DNA from: Camelus ferus
Lineage: Eukaryota
Assembly: GCF_009834535.1 (NCBI RefSeq)
Contig: NC_045702.1
Span: 75,826,001-75,890,000, forward strand
Length of the DNA: 64,000 nt
Direction of reading: 5' to 3'
Each line of letters begins with the position of its first letter. Positions within the stretch are counted from its first letter, which is position 1. Below are positions 12,030 to 23,195 of this stretch, piece after piece. Under the pieces are notes generated by a model. The model made no database searches. It was not told where the DNA came from and saw nothing but the letters and a program-made list of their open reading frames with translations. Made by a program: the position numbers and the translations under genes.

Positions 12030-13075
12030 ATTCTTCCTAGCTCACAGTATTAAATACCATCCGCACAACTGATATTTCCTAAACATGTGTCTCCAATACC
12101 ACCCTCATCCTTGCTGTCCAGATCCTTACGTCAGACTGCCTCCTCGTTGCCTCCACCTAGATGTCTAATAGGCAGCTCAAACTTTAACACGTATAAAACT
12201 AAACTCCTGATTTTCCTCCAAAATAATCTGTTTCTCCCCCAGTGTTCACCATCCCAGTGAACAACATCCCACTCCCCCAAATGGATCAAAAACTTCGAAG
12301 TCATCCATGAGTCAGTCAGCCTCCCTCCCTCTCCCTCTCTCTCCTCCCCTTCTCCCAACCCCAATACCCTCTTCATCCAGCCTATCACCACATCTCGATG
12401 GCTCTGCCTTAAGAGTGCTTCTTGAATCTGACCCCCTGTAACCACCTCCACCTCTAGCAGCCTGGTCCGAGAGCATACCTTCTCACCCAGTCCACTTCGC
12501 TGCCTCCCAACTGTCCTCCCTGCTTCCATTCTCACCCCTACAGTCTGGTGGCCACATATAGCCTCTGTTGAGCTTTTTATGACATAATTCTCACTGCCTC
12601 CCTCCCCTTTTTCTTACCCTCTGAAGACTTCTCATCACTGTAAGAATAAAATCAGACACCTTACTGTGGTCTGGGTCCCACAGGACTTGCTCCATCCACT
12701 TTGCTGACCTATCTCCTATCTCCAGCTTCCCTCTGCTTCCTCCTGCCTCTGTTTCACTGATGCCTCCACCCAAAAAGTGGAGAGCCCCAAATATCTTGTT
12801 CCCTCACTTCGTGCAGAGAAACCCTCCCTGACTGCCTGCCCCAAAATAGCAACTCTCCTCTAACCCTGATTTCTTCCTCTTCATAGCACTTAAGTATCTG
12901 ATATATTACAGTATATATTTACTTGTTTCTTGCCTACCTCCCCATTGGATATAAGCTCTATGAGAGCTGGGACATACTCTCTTCTGTCCACCGCTGTGTC
13001 CCCAGTGCCTGAAACAGTGCCTGATGCATCATATATGCTCAGTTCATATTTGTTGATTGAAGGAAGCAAAACTAA
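12030..13075 (+). mobile_element. L2 LINE 3' region
   Basis: cacctagatgtctaataggcagctcaaactt.. through L2 terminus cagtgcctga..atatttgttgattgaag. Confidence 0.85.
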
Positions 13076-13854
13076 GCAAAAGTACAAATGTTAAGTAAGG
13101 ATGGCTACTGACAGGGGGCTTCAAGGTTACATTGAAGGTCTCATTTATTAGGAGAGTTGGGGAGAGGCTGGAGTATCTAGTTCCTCCCCTATGTTATTTG
13201 ATGGTGTCTATTCGGATAAGGCATGTCCCTGTTTCATTGCCTATTTCAGTAAGTGGTCATTTCTGGAGTTCTGGACCTCCTCTTTGCACACATAGAAAAT
13301 CTGTTCTTTATTCCACATTCTAAGCACTCAAAAATTATGTATTCATAATTACCAAGTCACAAACTCAGCTTTTACCCACTTACTGTCCATAAAACAGAGC
13401 TAATGAGATTAGGCAATAGGAAGCTTTTCTATTACAGAATTATATTAGTGGGGTTCTCCCGGGGGCTAAGCTGTTCCCTCTCTGAAAGTTAAGCACATTC
13501 CAGAAATCACATTAAAACTCTTTCAGGCTTCCCTGGGTCTCAGGGGTCAATGGAAGGGAAGCCTGATGTAGCTTCACAAAGCAGCTTCTGAATCTCGACA
13601 TTTAACTGTGGATGGAGAGTCTGCTTTGTGACTTTCTTCCCGTGGGTTAAAGTCAAGAAATCCATAGTATTTTCTCTTTTCCTGCCAAAGCTTGTTATGC
13701 TAGCAGCCGTCTCCCCATAAATTTCCCCACAGAGATGGGCTTCAACTTCCACTAGAGGAACATCAGTGTCAGCTCCACAGGGCAGAGCAAAAGGCAAAAC
13801 TGATTCCTTCATAGGAAACCGTTGGAGTAAAGGAAAGGTGACTAATGTATTCTG

Positions 13855-14275
13855 TACGATCTTAGTTTGAGTCCCCCATAAGCAGACCCTGAAACAAGGA
13901 GTCATGTGTAAGTAGTTTGTTGAGGAAGAGATCCCAGGAAACACTGGTGGGGCATGAGAAAGGGAGGTGTGGGGGCAAGGGGTCAGCCCCAAGTCACTAC
14001 TGGAGTTCAGTCCTGCCAGAGGGCCCGCGGAGTCCAGGGGCAAGAAGGGGGTATGTGTACCTCATTTCTCATCAGTCCCTGACTGAGGACTGCTAGAGTA
14101 GAGGACTTCATTCCCTGGCACTGCTGGTCTGCCCTACAGGTGAGCAGAGAGGGCTCCGGCATCCAGAGAAAGCCCTCTGGCAAACAGATGCCAGGTGGGC
14201 AGTTGGGCACGGGTCCAGTGGACATGGAAGAGCCCCAGAGGAATGCGGCAGAGAACTGACAGCCTCTGCTATCAA
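13855..14275. mobile_element. Old ERVL-class LTR (LTR16/LTR33-like)
   Basis: agcagaccctgaaacaagga..gtagtttg..gatcccaggaaacac signature. Confidence 0.6.
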
Positions 14276-14726
14276 TGTTGGTTTTTGCAGTGAGAGAACA
14301 TAGTAAATTGTACAAGATGCAGAGATTGTATGGAGGAGGCAGCGTGGGGTACAGCAGGACTTTTCACACAAGATTCCTTGAATCCTTGGAGAGCTGCAGA
14401 GATGCAATATAGAGGAGGGACAGGCGAAGAAAAGGCTGGGCAGAGTGGGGTTCTGGGCCCTTGATGGGGGCAGCTGCACTCAATTCTGTTTCATGTGCAG
14501 AACTGGCATTCCTAAAAGATGGACCTGGAAACAGCTTTCCAATGGAAAAAAGGAGAGAGAGAGATAACTTAGTGGAGAAGGAACATCACTCTAGGTCAGA
14601 AAAATTCTAATCCAAATCTTCCGCTAAATAGCCGGATGCCTTTGGGCAACTTTCATCTGTCTGGGCCTCCGAGTGCTTACCTGAAAATGAATAAATAAAT
14701 AGAGGGCTTGGCCTTGTGGACCCCAG

Positions 14727-15093
14727 TCTTGGTCTGTTAGGGCTGCATAACAAAATACTAGAGACTGGGTGGCTTAAACAGTAGAAGTATGTTTTCTTAC
14801 GGTTCTGGAGGCTAGAAGTCCAGGCTGGTGTGATGTCTCCTGAAACCTCTCTCCTTGGCTTACAGACGGCAGTCTCCTCGCTGCATCTCACATGGCCTTT
14901 TTTCTGTGCATGCACACCACAGGTGTCGCTGTTTCTTCTTGTCAGGATGCCAATCTTACAGGATTAGGGTCCCACCCTTAGGACCTCATTTCACCTTAAT
15001 TACCTCTTTAAAGGCCATGTCTGCAAATCCAGTCACAGTGGGGATTAAGGCTTCCACATCTGAATTTTGGAGCATACAAGTCAGTCCATAACA
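14727..15093 (-). mobile_element. MLT1A-like MaLR LTR
   Basis: ttagggctgcataacaaaatac..ggcttaaac..ttctggaggctagaagtcc..cagtccataaca. Confidence 0.85.
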
Positions 15094-15094
15094 G

Positions 15095-15345
15095 TGCCTA
15101 AGGTTTCTTTCAAGAAACCTCAGAGATTGGCTGAGCGTCTGCTCTGCGCTGGGCCCTGCTCTGGATGCTTGAGACACACAGGCTCATCGGAAGCAGCCTT
15201 CGCACTCCCAGAGCTCCCTGTCTGGAAGGACGAGGCAGGCTTAGCTAAGTGATGACAGGTGTGAAATGGGCCTTTTGGTCAAAAGAGAGAAGGAAGTGAG
15301 CAGGAAATGCCTCCCGGAGACGTGATGAAATTTGAGACACGCAAG
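15095..15345 (-). mobile_element. L2 fragment
   Basis: gagcgtctgctctgcgctgggccctgctctgg..cccagagctccctgtctgg. Confidence 0.5.
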
Positions 15346-16109
15346 TGTGTTCAGCACTTAGAGAACTGAAGGACAGGCATTTCGGCAGAAGGGGCAGAGC
15401 CCTGGAGGGCCCATTCCAAGACCCCCCAGGTCATAATCAGGAGGCCAGAGCACAGTCTGAAGTGGGGGCCCATGAGGTGAGGCTGGAGTGGTGAGGCCAC
15501 ACTGGGCCTCCTAGGCCACGCTGAGCAGGTGGACTTACTTGACCGCACAGAGCCACCTGTAACATGTTCTAAGCGGAAGAACAGTCCATTCACTTCTGCA
15601 TGATAAAAAGCCCTAACATTGTGCAGTTCAGCTGGTCTCTGACTCTCCCTGTCCACTGTGTCATTTGTGGCTAACTGACGGCAGCCAGTCAGTGATGGAT
15701 CACACGTTTACTAAATGCATTAGCTCCTGGTTACTTCTCTAACAGGGGCTGAGGGGTGTGTGGTGTGTTGATTAGATTTTGATTATAAATTGCCTTCTGA
15801 ACTCTGCAGTTCACTTCCCTTTGGTCTGGAGAGGAAGCATACCTCACACTTAAATGTCTTATTACGTTACGACAGACACCCATATGCACAATTAGATCCA
15901 GGCCTACTAAATTTGTGGTAATAAATGCATATAAAGCCTCATGATCTTGAATGCTCTGCCTGCTAAAGACTCACTTGAGACCATAGGTCCACATTCTGAG
16001 AAACAAAAGCTCACCACTTCCTGGGGGAGAGAAGGAATTTGTCGTTTTAAAGAGCTGTGCCTCACTGTGATTTCACAGAAGCTTGTAGAGCAGTTAGAAA
16101 GAAGAAAGG

Positions 16110-16660
16110 GGAACATCAGTTGGGCTTTAATAGCTAATTATTAGTAAATTCCTTCTTAATATCACTGATTCCAGCGCTCTCTGAGAGATTTTCAAAAGAC
16201 AGTCCCTTCCTTATCGTAAATAATATGCTAAAAGAGGACATGCATTATTAAATAAAGCACTTAGATATATGAATACAAGTATATCAATATACATTGTCCA
16301 GGCAATATGATTAAAAACAAAATCTTCCCCCAACCCAGAAAATATCTCCATAAAGGTAGTAAAAAAAGAAAAGGGTTTTATTATTGAATAAGCATTAAAC
16401 TACAATGTGGTGCACATCACAGGCAGTCTGCAGACCAAATGAAATTTTACCTTTTTGTAGGACCCAGCAGATACAACCCATCACATACCTGTTTCCAGGA
16501 TAAATAACTCTTCCTCAAGAGGACTTGGCAGCACCATTCATTATAGACAGATTTACCTGGTTAATAAAGGGGGACCATCTGTGTCAGTTCATTGATTTTA
16601 TACAAAAGAAAAATAAACTTCTCTTTATGACAGAGAGTTTTGCGCCTGGGAGCAAGGTGC
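16110..16660. promoter_or_regulatory. Candidate HOX/TALE-type enhancer
   Basis: unique AT-rich sequence with TAATTA, TAATAAA, TGTCAG, TGATTTTAT and TTTATGACAG motifs. Confidence 0.4.
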
Positions 16661-17016
16661 CCACTGGAGTTAGGCTCCTGCCCTCCAAAAGGAACTGGGA
16701 GACTGGGGTGCCGGCTTCCTCGATGTTTGCATTTCAAAGAGATGGCTCCCAGGTCCTTTTGAAAGATGTTCCTGGGTCACAACACTGCCAAGAGCCTCTT
16801 TCAGTTTCTAAAAAATTTTACACACATTTCAAAGAAACAGAGAAAAAACTTACAATATATTTCTAATGCTCTAAGAAAAGGGAGAGGGTAAGGGGAGTTT
16901 TCAACAGGGAGAATTAAGGCTCTTATTTTTACTTTTTATTTTTCCTTACAATTTCGAGGTAAAAATCTAACCCCAAATCATAATAATCATTTTTAGAGCT
17001 TAAAGGTGTTGGCTTT

Positions 17017-17068
17017 ATTTTTTTTTATTGAAGTATAGTTGACTTACAACATTGTGTTAGTTTCAGGT
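17017..17068 (-). mobile_element. Extremely 5'-truncated L1 3' tip
   Basis: T-run then attgaagtatagttgacttacaacattgtgttagtttcaggtgta. Confidence 0.8.
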
Positions 17069-17094
17069 GTATGATAATAATCACTTTAGCTACA

Positions 17095-17295
17095 GGAATA
17101 GTTATCATACCATAGTACTTGCTGTGTGGTAACTTACTTAAAGCGTACAACGCCTCTGTGAGCAAGGCTAGTCTTATCCCCATTTTACACAAGAGGAAAC
17201 TAGGACAGGTAACGCGCCCAAGGTCACAGAGCTACTAACTGGCAAAGGTGTAGTTCACACCCACTCTGTCTCCAGTGTCCCCAGTCTCAACCATC
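17095..17295 (-). mobile_element. MIR SINE
   Basis: ccccattttacacaagaggaaact..cccaaggtcacagagcta. Confidence 0.7.
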
Positions 17296-17409
17296 TCAGG
17301 GAAAAGTAAATGCTTACATGATTTACTAGCAGCTATTTCTGGAATGACACAGTGCCACTTATGCTATTCTGCATTTAAAACAGAACAAAATGCAACACAG
17401 CCTGCCAGC

Positions 17410-17600
17410 ATTTATTGAATTCTTCCCATCTGCCAGGTTTGCTCATTAAGTCATAAACAGCTTGTAAGCATCGTCTCAGTCAATCACTGGGACAGCCATG
17501 GGGAAGGGTAGCCCCATCTTTCAAATGAAGCTCAGAGATGTCCAAGAACTTCCCGAGAGTTACCCAGTGGTGGGATTAGGACTCAAATCCAGAGAAAACA
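17410..17600 (-). mobile_element. MIR SINE
   Basis: cccatctttcaaatgaagctcagagatg. Confidence 0.5.
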
Positions 17601-19044
17601 TGTATTTGACCAATAAGTTATATACTTACAAGAAAATCAGGAACCTTTATTATCAGGGGTTGCCAGGTGACTTCAAGGTCGTGTCTGGAGAATAAGAGAA
17701 AGTCTGTGAAGCCGACCTTGCTGAGAGCAAGAGCACATCTGGGGCAAGACAGGTGTAGACAGGAGCAAGGACCAAGAAGTGCTGTTATCCTGGGTCGTGT
17801 CTCCTGAGCAGGAAGGTGAAGCAGCCTAGGGGAAGATGTGTGAGGCTGAATATTCATTGCCACAGACAGAGGTGAATATTTATTTTGAGAAGCCAGCACA
17901 TGTTTGGGTTCCATCATTTGCAGTTTCATGTGTGGCAATACTCAGATTTGGTTTTGCTTTTATCTATACTTTTAAAGGACTGTCATGACCACAGAGTGAA
18001 GTGTTAGTCATGAGCTAGTTCATGAGTGGAAAGGCAATACAATGAGGAAAAGTTTTGTAATTTCTATGCACAGAAGAGTGCATAGAAGTAACTAAACTGG
18101 GGATGGCACAGCAAGATGGCCACCCAACCTGTGAGTTCTTGTGAAATGCACCAAGATTGAGGACATTCTCCTCCTGTGATGGGCAGGTCTTTGGGACTTC
18201 AGTATTAAAAGCCTTTCATCCTGTGTGAAGTATGGAATGGCTCCCTGTTAACAATGGACAGTGAACACTGTTAGGATTACTAAGTCAGCACCCACATTCT
18301 GTTCCCCACATGCCTGGGGAAGGCCTACCAAGTAGTTGTCCCTGTTTTCTTGTTTTTGATAGAGTCTACAGTATTCCTTAGCGGGGACAAGAGGAGGAAG
18401 GAGAGAAAAGAGATGTTCATGAGTAACAATCAAAATTTCTCCTCATGAATTACTTTCTAGAAAAGGCCACACGAGATAGTGTCATGCCCGACGCGGAAGC
18501 AGGATTGTCCGTTGCACACAGGAATGGTGCGAGGTCACCAGGACTTGATTCTTAGGCCATTTTCTGCCTCTTCTCAGCAAGGAAGATCTACAGATCTACA
18601 TGAGTAGCCAGAAGAGCAGTATTAGCAATTATCCTCGGACTCTCCTGTGTTCAAATCAGTATGTCAGATGGAAATGGTGTTAGTAGGAAACAGCAAAATA
18701 GAGAGAGCAGAAGGCAGAGAATATAGAGCCTAGAAAAAAAGAAGAGGCTGGGGGAAGGAGGGAGGAAAGAGAATGTGCTAGGACTGTCCCAGGTTATCCA
18801 TTTTTCATTTCCTAGCTACCTTTCTATGTATTTATACTAAAAAATAGTAATAATTATTGTTACAACCAAGTGATAAAATCTCTCTCGGGCTCAGGATGAG
18901 GGACCTCCCTCCCCCACCTCTGTCCAGCTCTTTAATGGAGGTGGAAGAAATGGAAAGCTCCCAAAAAGTCTCCGTGGATGTTTCAGTTCACTGAGTACCT
19001 TCACCATTCTCTTGAGACTTGCTTTGCCGAGTTTTTCATAGATT

Positions 19045-19180
19045 CCTGTGATTGGTTGGTTTCATCCATTAGTTCAACAAACAACTCTTGAGCACTTGTT
19101 ATACAGCCAGGCACCTCCTTGAGCTGGGAATACAAAGATGAACAGAACACAGTCTCTCCTCGGGGAGCACAGTCCAGTGC
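19045..19180 (-). mobile_element. L2 3' fragment
   Basis: ttcaacaaacaactcttgagcac..ccaggcac..gctgggaatacaaagatgaacag. Confidence 0.6.
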
Positions 19181-19350
19181 CTTGCTTCTCAGAGTGTGGG
19201 ACTAACGGTGGTGGCAGCATCACCTGGGAGATTGTTAGAAATGCAAATTCTCAAGTTTCGCCCCAGACTCACTAAATCAAAATTTGCATATATAACAAGA
19301 TCCTTGGGGGAGTCCTAAGCATACTGAAGTTTGAGAAGCTCTGACCTACT
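19180..19350. mobile_element. MER5A DNA transposon
   Basis: cagcatcacctgggagattgttagaaatgcaaattctc..gtttgagaagctctg. Confidence 0.8.
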
Positions 19351-19399
19351 GGATTACTGGCAGGGAGCAGGAGATCCTCTTCTGTTTCTTACTTCTTCC

Positions 19400-19650
19400 A
19401 TTTGTTCAGCAAGGATTTATTGATGACCTGCCATATAGATCAGGCTCTGGGCTGGGAGCTGGGCTGCACTGGTGAGAAAGCCGGAGGTGCCGCTGGCCTG
19501 CCGCTGGCATTCTCGTGAGGGAGAAAAACAGAGAATGAGAAAAAACGTACTATTGTTACAGATGATGAGTAATGCTGTGAAGCAAATAAGCTGAAATATG
19601 ATAGAAACTAAAATGAGCTATGACAGGGAAGGTGGTGGAAGTCTTCAGGA
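19400..19650 (-). mobile_element. L2 3' fragment
   Basis: ttcagcaaggatttattgatgacct..caggctctgggctggg. Confidence 0.55.
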
Positions 19651-20459
19651 GTAAGTTATTTCTATTTCGGATCTTGCTTTCTGTCTAAAAATGTAAACAT
19701 AGTCACTGGTCCTACATGAAAAGAGCCAGAGATTTGTCCTTCTTTCCTCTTCTCCCGACTCCCCATCCCTCTGCCTCTGGCACCCAGCTCTTAAGCTATA
19801 GATGCCACCAAGCAGGTACAAGCACAGCCTGAGCAACTAAGAATTTGGATGCGAGCTGAATTATAAAACCCAGAAAGAAGCACCGGTCTTGCCTTTCTGG
19901 TTGGGGTAAAAAGACATTAGAGAGTGTAGAAGGGCGGTAACTGGGGCTGTAGCTTCCTATCCTGCTGTCTGTCTTCTTGCATCTCTGCAGTCAAGGGCCA
20001 GCGAGTGTGCTGATGGGGATTGGGGGGGGGGGGGCTGCAAGTAAAGATTAGCAGTGGGAATATACAAGCCACCACAACGAATTCAGACCTTCTCATCACC
20101 TATAATGCAAGTGTTAATCAATCTGCAACCAAAATCAGTGTTAGACCTTCATTCAGCCCAGAAGCATGTTGTGAGCATGCATTGATTTCCAGTACAGATC
20201 CAAACCCCCTACTGTTAGACCACTTGAGAGACAAGCCAGTGATTCCCCAAACAGATAACCTGGATAGACCAGTGAGCGGGCGATGGGGTTTCAGGTATTG
20301 CTTCTCAAGAAATTATGTATCAGGAAGGAAAACACAAGTCAGAGATGGCAGTGCTCTTTCTGACTTGTGAGCGTTGTGCAGCTGCCAGCCACATGTGTGG
20401 TTTACAGTATATTTAATGCAGCAATCTAAACCACAGCCAGAGAAAGGGCATTTGCCACT

Positions 20460-20825
20460 GTTGGCTTCTCTATTGCTGTGTAACAAACTACCCCAAAATT
20501 TAGTGGCTTGAAACTTGGTAAATGGTTTGTTGAAAAAACTCATACCCATTAGGATGACTACTACAACCTCTTTTATTATATCTCACAATTGTGCAGATCA
20601 GGAATTCGGGAAGAGTTGAGCTGAGCAATTCTGCTCCATGTAACATCAACTAGGGTTACTGTGTGGCATTTGTCGGGTAGAGCAGCTCTATAAAGGGTCC
20701 AAGATGGCTTGAGGGCCCCTTACAGAGTTGGCTGGAAAGGTGGGCTCACCTGAGCTGCTCTCCCTCCCCACCTACCACCAAGGCCTCTCCAGTGTGGTCA
20801 CTCCAGCAGGGGAATCAGAAACTGC
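20460..20825 (-). mobile_element. Old MLT1 (H/J-like) MaLR LTR
   Basis: tattgctgtgtaacaaactaccccaaaatttagtggctt..tcaggaattcggg..gggtccaagatggct. Confidence 0.75.
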
Positions 20826-20839
20826 CAGTACTCTGAGAT

Positions 20840-21742
20840 TCTCAGCATCAGTAATCATCAGAGAAATGCAAATCAAAACCACAGTGAGATACCACTTCAC
20901 AGCTATGAGGATAGCTACTCTCAGAAAACCAGAAAATGACAAGTATCTGAGAGATGTGAAGAAATTGTAACCTTTGTGCCTTGTTGGTGGGATTGTAAAA
21001 TAGTGCAATAGAAAATAGGGTGACCATTTCATGTATAACTGAAAAATTGTGTTCTACTCTGGAATTTGACACAACATTGTAAANNNNNNNNNNNNNNNNN
21101 NNNNNNNNNNNNNNNNNNNNNNNNNNNNNNNNNNNNNNNNNNNNNNNNNNNNNNNNNNNNNNNNNNNNNNNNNNNNNNNNNNNNNNNNNNNNNNNNNNNN
21201 NNNNNNNNNNNNNNNNNNNNNNNNNNNNNNNNNNNNNNNNNNNNNNNNCCCATGTCCCAGCAGTNNNNNNNNNNNNNNNNNNNNNNNNNNNNNNNNNNNN
21301 NNNNNNNNNNNNNNNNNNNNNNNNNNNNNNNNNNNNNNNNNNNNNNNNNNNNNNNNNNNNNNNNNNNNNNNNNNNNNNNNNNNNNNNNNNNNNNNAAAGA
21401 GAAAGAGATTCTGTCACCTGCTACAACGTGGATGAACCTTGAGGATGTTATGCTAAGTGAAATATACCAGTCGCAAAAAGACAGATACTGTGTGATTGTA
21501 CTTAAAGGCACTCTCTAAAGACATTAAATTCATAGAAATAGCAAGCAGCATGGTGGTTACTCAGGGGTGGGTTAGAAGGAAAGGGGGATGTTGTTTAATG
21601 GGTATGGAGTTTCAGATTTGCAAGATGAAAAAGTCCTGGAGATGTTTCACAACGATGTGAATATACTGGACACTACTGAACTGTACACTTAAAAATGGTT
21701 GAGATGGTAAATTTTGTGTTTTTAACTACTTTAAAAAATAAA
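20840..21742 (+). mobile_element. L1MB-type 3' end with nested younger L1 tip at ~21009-21083 and two N-gaps
   Basis: agagaaatgcaaatcaaaaccacagtgagataccac; tggatgaaccttgagg..atgctaagtgaaat; cttaaaaatggtt..terminal A-rich tail. Confidence 0.85.
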
Positions 21743-23039
21743 CCACCAATTCTCTTAAAGCCCAGATTTGGGGTGGGGGGGACCATAGACCCATCTCTCA
21801 ATGAGAGGAAAGGCAGAGAATCTGCTGCCAGCTTTAACCTGCCACACCCGCTGTGGGGCAGAACCCATCTGGAGCGCCTGAGGGCACAGGCGGTGAGATG
21901 TTATTTCCAGGAGACTTTATTGAACCTCCTAGAGATGTTAGAGGTGGGCACAGTTTGAAACAACAGAGTGGGAGAAAATGACAAAGTTTGAAAAACCAAT
22001 GAGAAAAAAATGGCCTGGAATTTCTTCCTTACTCATTTTCACAACAAAGATACAGCAATCCATTCTGCCAAAAGCCTGACTGCTCCCACCAAGCATTCTT
22101 CTCACTCAGACACTGCCTGCCCTACCCCCCGAGCCCTCCTGGCAGTGGGGGCTCCAGGCCCCAACGGAACAGATAAGATAGGAACAATCCCCAGAAGCAG
22201 CTCGCAGAAGACCTTTCAAAGTCGGCAAACACAGAAAATTCAATGCCGCCCAGCATTGAGATAGTCTGGACAGTGTGTCCGTTATAAATGCTGCTCTCAT
22301 GAGCAGTGATTCAAATGACAGCTTCCAAAAGGCTTTGCAAAGAGCCCTTTGGAAATGGAACACAGGCAACTCAGAGCCCATGACATGTTACAAGGACAAA
22401 CCTGATTGAACAAAGATCCGAAGCAGCATTGAATGACTTATTTATTCAGTCTTGCTCTGTACAAACCTAGGAGAAGATGACAGCTTCTAAATTGCCTCCC
22501 TGAGCTATGCAACATCCATGGTACATGGGAAATGTTAGCAAAAGTTTTGCAAAAAACAGAATGTTTTACAAAGTGAGGATCACAGTGTAACTGTGCTCAT
22601 GCTCCCCCCATTCTGCAAAGGGCCCTGGTGTCTCACAATCATTAGATGGAAGGGGTGGTGACAGCATCTGGAGAGGAAAACCCTGCCCTTTATCCTCTTC
22701 CACCTACTGGCTTCACACATCTGTTTGAAGGGCTAGCCCTTTCCGAGCCTTCAGGTGGAAAATTCTTCTTCGTGCAGGCCATTTAAGCAATCGCCGTAGC
22801 ATTCCAATTGTATTCCTTCACCAAAGTGTTTTCCTGGTGTCGCGTGGGGAGTGTTGATGTTCTGCTCACCCATGGAACACATGTGCTAGTTCTTTTAGCC
22901 TAGCAGTGTCTGCAGGATTTGTGCATGCCCTGGGGTTCCTGTTGCATATTGGTATCACGCGCTCCTACATGGTAGGAGCGGTGTCTGGGTGACCCCAGCC
23001 CAGCCAGCTTCCCAGGAGGCCTCGTGACGGTGCAGCCTA

Positions 23040-23195
23040 TGCTCACAGGCAGGACTGGGACTAGGATGAGGCAAATGAGGAGCCTAGAGTGCAAAATTTA
23101 AGGAGGCCCTCACCCTGTATTTGCACAACCCTGAGAGTGATCGCCTCCTTCAGTCTGGTCCCCTAGGAGCCTTGCTGGCCTCACTCTGGTCCAGG
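23040..23195. mobile_element. MER96-like hAT-Tip100 palindromic MITE
   Basis: gggactaggatgaggcaaatgagg..caaaatttaaggagg..cctcactctggtcc; imperfect inverted arms. Confidence 0.65.

Noticed and set aside
16978-17090. ATAATAATCA(T/C)TTT repeats flanking the tiny L1 tip as a TSD
   Set aside because: The left copy is ~20 bp from the T tail, so not a canonical TSD; may be chance in AT-rich DNA.
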